Shown here: in pieces, positions 16,856 to 20,342 of the stretch
How the letters are laid out: every line of letters begins with the position of its first letter
How positions within the stretch are numbered: position 1 is the stretch's first letter
Assembly: GCA_964534375.1 (NCBI GenBank)
Contig: CAZHPN010000109.1
Location: 1-20,342 of the forward strand
DNA: 20,342 nucleotides
Origin: an uncultured bacterium
Lineage (GTDB): Bacteria > Lernaellota > Lernaellaia > Lernaellales > Lernaellaceae
Direction: 5' to 3'
The notes under the pieces: model-generated
The model's input: the letters and a program-made list of their open reading frames with translations, nothing else
Told to the model about the DNA's origin: nothing
The model's database searches: none
Translations under genes and position numbers: made by a program

Positions 16856-17696
16856 CGTCAGCGCGATCGTCGCCGCCTGCGGCCGCCCGGCGTGGGCCGA
16901 CGAAGCGGTGCAGGCCATCCTCGCGCAAACGCAGCCGCCGGCCGAGATCATCGTCGCCGACGACGGCGACGGCGAGGTCGGCCGCGCGCTGGCCGCGCGC
17001 TACGGCGTGCGGGCGGTCTGCACCGGCGGCCAGGGCCCGGCGGCGGCGCGCAATGCCGCGGCGCGCCTCGCGATCGGCGAGTGGCTGGCCTTCTGCGACG
17101 ACGACGACGTCTGGGCGCCGGTGCGGCTCGAAGCCGGATTGGCCGCGGCCGGCGAACTGTGCGTGCTGGTTTTTGCCGACGCCTGGCGCAGCGACGGCGG
17201 CAGCGAACTATTCGGCCGCAAGGCCCGCGGCGGCCACGTTTTCCGCGATTTGCTGCTCGACAATTGGGTCCCGACCAGCACCGTCCTGCTGCGCCGCGCG
17301 GCGTTCGAACAGGCCGGGGGCTTCGACGCGCATTTTTCGCCGGCCGAGGATTATCGGCTGTGGCTGGCCGTCAGCCGCTTCGGGCAATTTGCGTTTATCC
17401 GTCAGCCGCTCGCGCTTTATCGGCAGCACGAAGGGCAACTGCAAAGGCGCGTCGCCGACATGGCCGGCGCGTCGGCCGACGCGGTCGAGCACGCCGTCGC
17501 GGCGGCCGGCTGGCGCCCGGCGGAGATTCTCGGTTTGCCGAAACGCCTGCGCCAATTGCGCTTTGTGCAAGGCCGCGCGCTGATGGCCGAGGGGCGCCCG
17601 GCCGCGGCCCGCCGTGCGTACCTGCGGGCGTGGCGGCAGCAATGGCATTATGCGAACGCGCCGCTGTTTTGGATGTTGAGCTTCGCGGGAAAATGA
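16848..17696 (+). CDS. GT2 family A glycosyltransferase
   Basis: VSAIVA, ILAQTQPPAEIIVADDG, GPAAARN, LAFCDDDDVW, GGFD, AEDYRLW; 8-nt overlap with asnB. Confidence 0.9.
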   Translation: MPDVSAIVAACGRPAWADEAVQAILAQTQPPAEIIVADDGDGEVGRALAARYGVRAVCTGGQGPAAARNAAARLAIGEWLAFCDDDDVWAPVRLEAGLAAAGELCVLVFADAWRSDGGSELFGRKARGGHVFRDLLLDNWVPTSTVLLRRAAFEQAGGFDAHFSPAEDYRLWLAVSRFGQFAFIRQPLALYRQHEGQLQRRVADMAGASADAVEHAVAAAGWRPAEILGLPKRLRQLRFVQGRALMAEGRPAAARRAYLRAWRQQWHYANAPLFWMLSFAGK

Positions 17697-17715
17697 AATC
17701 TTAATAGGGATATTC

Positions 17716-17995
17716 ACCACAGAGTCTTAGCGCGGCCTTCGGCCGCAACCAAATGATTTTTCTTTAGCCGCAGATTGCGCAGATTGGCGCAGATTTGCGG
17801 GCCGGGAAATCGAAATTTCGGCGGCCGAAATTTCGCCCCGGCCCGCCACGCTAATCTGCGTTCATCGGCGTAATCTGCGGTTGTATTCAACTTTCCAAAT
17901 TCTTCGCGCCGAGCGAAGAAATTCGCGGATAGTAGTACAGAGAACGCAGAGGTTTTTTTCCTGACAATCCTCTGTGAACTCTGTGTCTCTGTGGT
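17716..17995. repeat. Composite of nested inverted-repeat elements between convergent genes
   Basis: Outer CACAGAG/CTCTGTG arms; inserted unit with terminal hairpins (17732-17746, 17900-17920); inner 30-bp CGCAGATT/AATCTGCG arms (17766-17795 / 17853-17882); central GC hairpin 17797-17846. Confidence 0.85.
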
Positions 17996-18011
17996 TCAAA
18001 TTAAAACCAGC

Positions 18012-20051
18012 TCATTCCCCGACTTCGACGAGGCGATTGGCGATGCTGGCGCGCGCGGCGGCGGCGAGGAGGGCGGCGCGGTCGTCGCGGCCGTCGGCCG
18101 CGGCGAGGCGGCGCCATTCGGTCCAGGCGTCGAGCCGATCGGGGTCGGCGCGCAGGCATTGCTCCAGCGCGTGTTCGGCCCGTCGCGTATGTCCCAAATG
18201 CCCGTGGGCGAGCGCGATCTGGAACCACGCCTCGGCGTCGCCGGGCGCGGACCGCGTCAATTTGCCGAGGTGGCCCAGCGCATCGGACCAGCGGCCTTCC
18301 GCGATTTCGAGCCGGCCGAGTTCGCGCAGCACCTGCGGCGCGGGAGCGCCCGAGCAGCGCGCCGCGGCGAGGTAGGCCGCGCGGGCCCCGCGCGCGTCGC
18401 CGAGCTCGCGCCGCGCCTGGCCCAGCATCAACCATAGCGCCGCGTCGCGCGGATGCGCCTTGAGCGTGGGCGCGATGACGGCTGCCGCGTCGCTGGGCCG
18501 ATTCAGCCGCAGGGCGCACTGCGCGACGAGCGTGGCCGCCTCGAGGCAGCCGCCGCAGGCGGCGAGCGTCGGTTCGAGCGCGTCCGCCGCCGCGGGCAAA
18601 TCGTTCAGCGCCAGCGCCGCGCGGGCGAGCGCGAGGCCGACGGCGACGCGCAGCGCGCGGTCCGACTCATTCGCCGGCGGCTCGCCCCAACCCTGCGCCG
18701 CCGCGGCGTAGTCGCGTTTCGCCTCTTCCACTTTGCCCTGAATCAGCCTGATTTCTCCGAGCAGATACTGACTGACGGCGTTGTTTTCGCGTTCGGCCAG
18801 ATCCCGCCGCGCCTCGGTCAGCGCGCCCTGCAGCTTGCCTTCGGTCAGCAGTTCCAAGGCGTAGATGTTCCGTTCGGTGAACGGCGCTTCGCCGGCATGC
18901 GCGGCTTGGCGCAGCGCCGCGAGCCGCCGCGCCGCTTCGGGTTGCTGCCACGGCCCTTCCGCCGGATACGGCCGCCGGACAAAGGCGTCGTGGCTGGCGA
19001 CCTTGGCGAACGCCGGCGGCGGGCTGGCCCAGGCCGCGGGGAACGGTTTGCCCGGCATCTGCTGCGACAGCGGCAGACCCAGATGCGCCAGCGCGAGCGG
19101 CGCAAAATCGAGCGCCGAGCATTTTTCGAGGCGGCGTCCGCCGGCGATTTCCGGCCCGAGCAGCCCGACCAGGCCGTGCGGCGGATGCGCGAACTGGCCT
19201 TGCGGCGCGGCGCCGGGCATGTAACTCGGGTCGTCGGTGACGATCATCACGAGCGTGCGTTTGTCGGCCAGAGCGAGCAATTGGCCGAGCGCCGTATCGA
19301 CGTCGTGCACGTAGTGCCGCGACAGCTTGCCGAACTCGGGCGGATGCGCCGGCTCGCCCAGCGCCACGGCCGCCCCGGCATAGTGCCGCGCGCTGTTCAG
19401 GCCGTCGAGAAAAACCGCGAGGAAGGCGAGCTTCGGCCACGCCTGCGCGGCCAGCGCCGGCAGGCGCTCGCGCGAGGCGGCGGCGACGCGCGCGTTGAGT
19501 TCGCCGCCGCGCGGCGGCCGGCCGACGAAATCCGTGTGCGGGTCGAACGGCGGCGCCGGCGCCGCGTCCCCGGCCAGTTCCGCGACGAGGCCGAGGCCGC
19601 GATAAAACGCCAGATCGTCGAGCCGCAGCGCCAAGCCGGGCGGGATCGGCGCGCTGCCCGGCCAGCCGAGCACGCCGGCGGGCAACCCGGCGCGCGCCGC
19701 GATCTCCCAGACCATCGAGGCCGCGCGTTCCGGCACCAGCAAGGCGGACGCGGCGGCGTCGAAGCGGATCGGCCCGCTCACGCGATGTTCGCTCTCGGTC
19801 CGCCCGGTCGCCAGCGTCACCCATAGCGCGGCCGGCGTCGTCGGGCCGTCGCCCTCCAAGGCGCCCCAGGCGCCCAGTTCGCGCACGCGCGCGAAATTCG
19901 GCGCCTCGCCGGCCTTGATCATCGCGTTGAGCGCGTCCCAACTCAGGCCGTCGATGCCGATGAACAGCACGCGCGGCGCGTCGCCGCCGGAGCGGCAGGC
20001 CGACAGCGCGACGAGCACCAACAACGGAAACCAGCTAAGGAAGCGGCGCAT
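18012..20051 (-). CDS. Lipoprotein: alkaline-phosphatase-superfamily (phosphodiesterase/NPP-like) domain plus C-terminal TPR repeats
   Basis: Signal peptide with lipobox LSAC (Cys19); RVLFIGIDGLSWD, WVTLATG, VLGWP, VDTALGQLL, LDFAPLALAHLGLP..MPGKP; TPR-like helices (AVSQYLLGEI, ALWLMLGQA, AEAWFQIALA). Confidence 0.82.
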   Translation of the reverse strand: MRRFLSWFPLLVLVALSACRSGGDAPRVLFIGIDGLSWDALNAMIKAGEAPNFARVRELGAWGALEGDGPTTPAALWVTLATGRTESEHRVSGPIRFDAAASALLVPERAASMVWEIAARAGLPAGVLGWPGSAPIPPGLALRLDDLAFYRGLGLVAELAGDAAPAPPFDPHTDFVGRPPRGGELNARVAAASRERLPALAAQAWPKLAFLAVFLDGLNSARHYAGAAVALGEPAHPPEFGKLSRHYVHDVDTALGQLLALADKRTLVMIVTDDPSYMPGAAPQGQFAHPPHGLVGLLGPEIAGGRRLEKCSALDFAPLALAHLGLPLSQQMPGKPFPAAWASPPPAFAKVASHDAFVRRPYPAEGPWQQPEAARRLAALRQAAHAGEAPFTERNIYALELLTEGKLQGALTEARRDLAERENNAVSQYLLGEIRLIQGKVEEAKRDYAAAAQGWGEPPANESDRALRVAVGLALARAALALNDLPAAADALEPTLAACGGCLEAATLVAQCALRLNRPSDAAAVIAPTLKAHPRDAALWLMLGQARRELGDARGARAAYLAAARCSGAPAPQVLRELGRLEIAEGRWSDALGHLGKLTRSAPGDAEAWFQIALAHGHLGHTRRAEHALEQCLRADPDRLDAWTEWRRLAAADGRDDRAALLAAAARASIANRLVEVGE

Positions 20052-20057
20052 GCCGCG

Positions 20058-20066
20058 ATCGTAGCA
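20058..20066 (-). promoter_or_regulatory. Putative extended -10 (TGCTACGAT) 6 nt before the ATG; probable leaderless promoter
   Basis: + strand atcgtagca; only gccgcg separates it from CAT 20049-20051; no SD-like sequence. Confidence 0.5.
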
Positions 20067-20101
20067 AGGCCGCGGGCCGGCGGCTAGGCGCTCGGCTCAC
20101 T

Positions 20102-20311
20102 TTGCGCTCTTTGTTGGTCGCGCGGACCTCTCCCCGGAAATTTCGGGTCCCGAAATTTCCCGCCCCTCCCTGCGTCGGCATAGGCTTTAGGATTAAGAGC
20201 GGCGATGCTTCAAATGGCGCAGAATTGCGCTCTTTGTTGGTCGCGCAGACCTCTCCCCGGAAATTTCGGCTCCCGCCGAAATTTCCCGCCCCTCCCCGAC
20301 GCAGGGAGGGG
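20102..20311. repeat. Two ~70-bp direct repeats containing GGAAATTTCGG..CCGAAATTTCC hairpins and a CCCCTCCC..GGGAGGGG hairpin
   Basis: Copy 1 20102-20170, copy 2 20225-20296 (period 123 bp); near-identical except one substitution and the hairpin loop region. Confidence 0.88.
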
Positions 20312-20342
20312 CAGGCAGGCGCCGCATTGGCAGGCGGACAGG

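Noticed and set aside
17716..17995. tRNA or known structured ncRNA/riboswitch
   Set aside because: No cloverleaf, T-loop/CCA or recognisable aptamer; nested inverted repeats explain the structure
14993..19826. ORFs 14993..16951 (minus) and 18453..19826 (plus)
   Set aside because: Antisense shadows of asnB and the phosphodiesterase/TPR gene
20102..20311. CRISPR array interpretation of the direct repeats
   Set aside because: Only two copies, a ~70-bp unit that is too long, and no cas genes in the window

Overview
High-GC bacterial chromosomal window (20.3 kb) with 14 intact or edge-truncated CDS and one gene fragment. Left arm (minus strand): an Asp/Asn-linker beta-propeller-repeat lipoprotein running off the window, a family III CoA-transferase translationally coupled to a membrane acyltransferase-like protein, and a small cupin. 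Next, on the plus strand: a GtrB/ArnC-like GT2, a membrane-anchored hypothetical protein, a six-hairpin glycosidase-like protein and YjbQ. The centre holds a probable defence pair: an MmeI-like (Type IIG/IIL) restriction-methyltransferase fusion with an AT-rich target-recognition segment and an in-frame REP-doublet-like palindrome, followed by a GIY-YIG + RAMA-like nuclease. An orphan propeller C-terminal fragment abuts it. Right arm: a GT2-asnB-GT2 operon and a convergent alkaline-phosphatase-superfamily/TPR lipoprotein that looks catalytically degenerate. The intergenic DNA is rich in hairpin and short-repeat elements, including a four-layer nested palindrome (17716-17995) and a ~70-bp direct repeat with a flipped hairpin loop (20102-20311). 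No rRNA, tRNA, CRISPR array or transposase was seen. All family assignments come from motif recognition by eye, not database searches.
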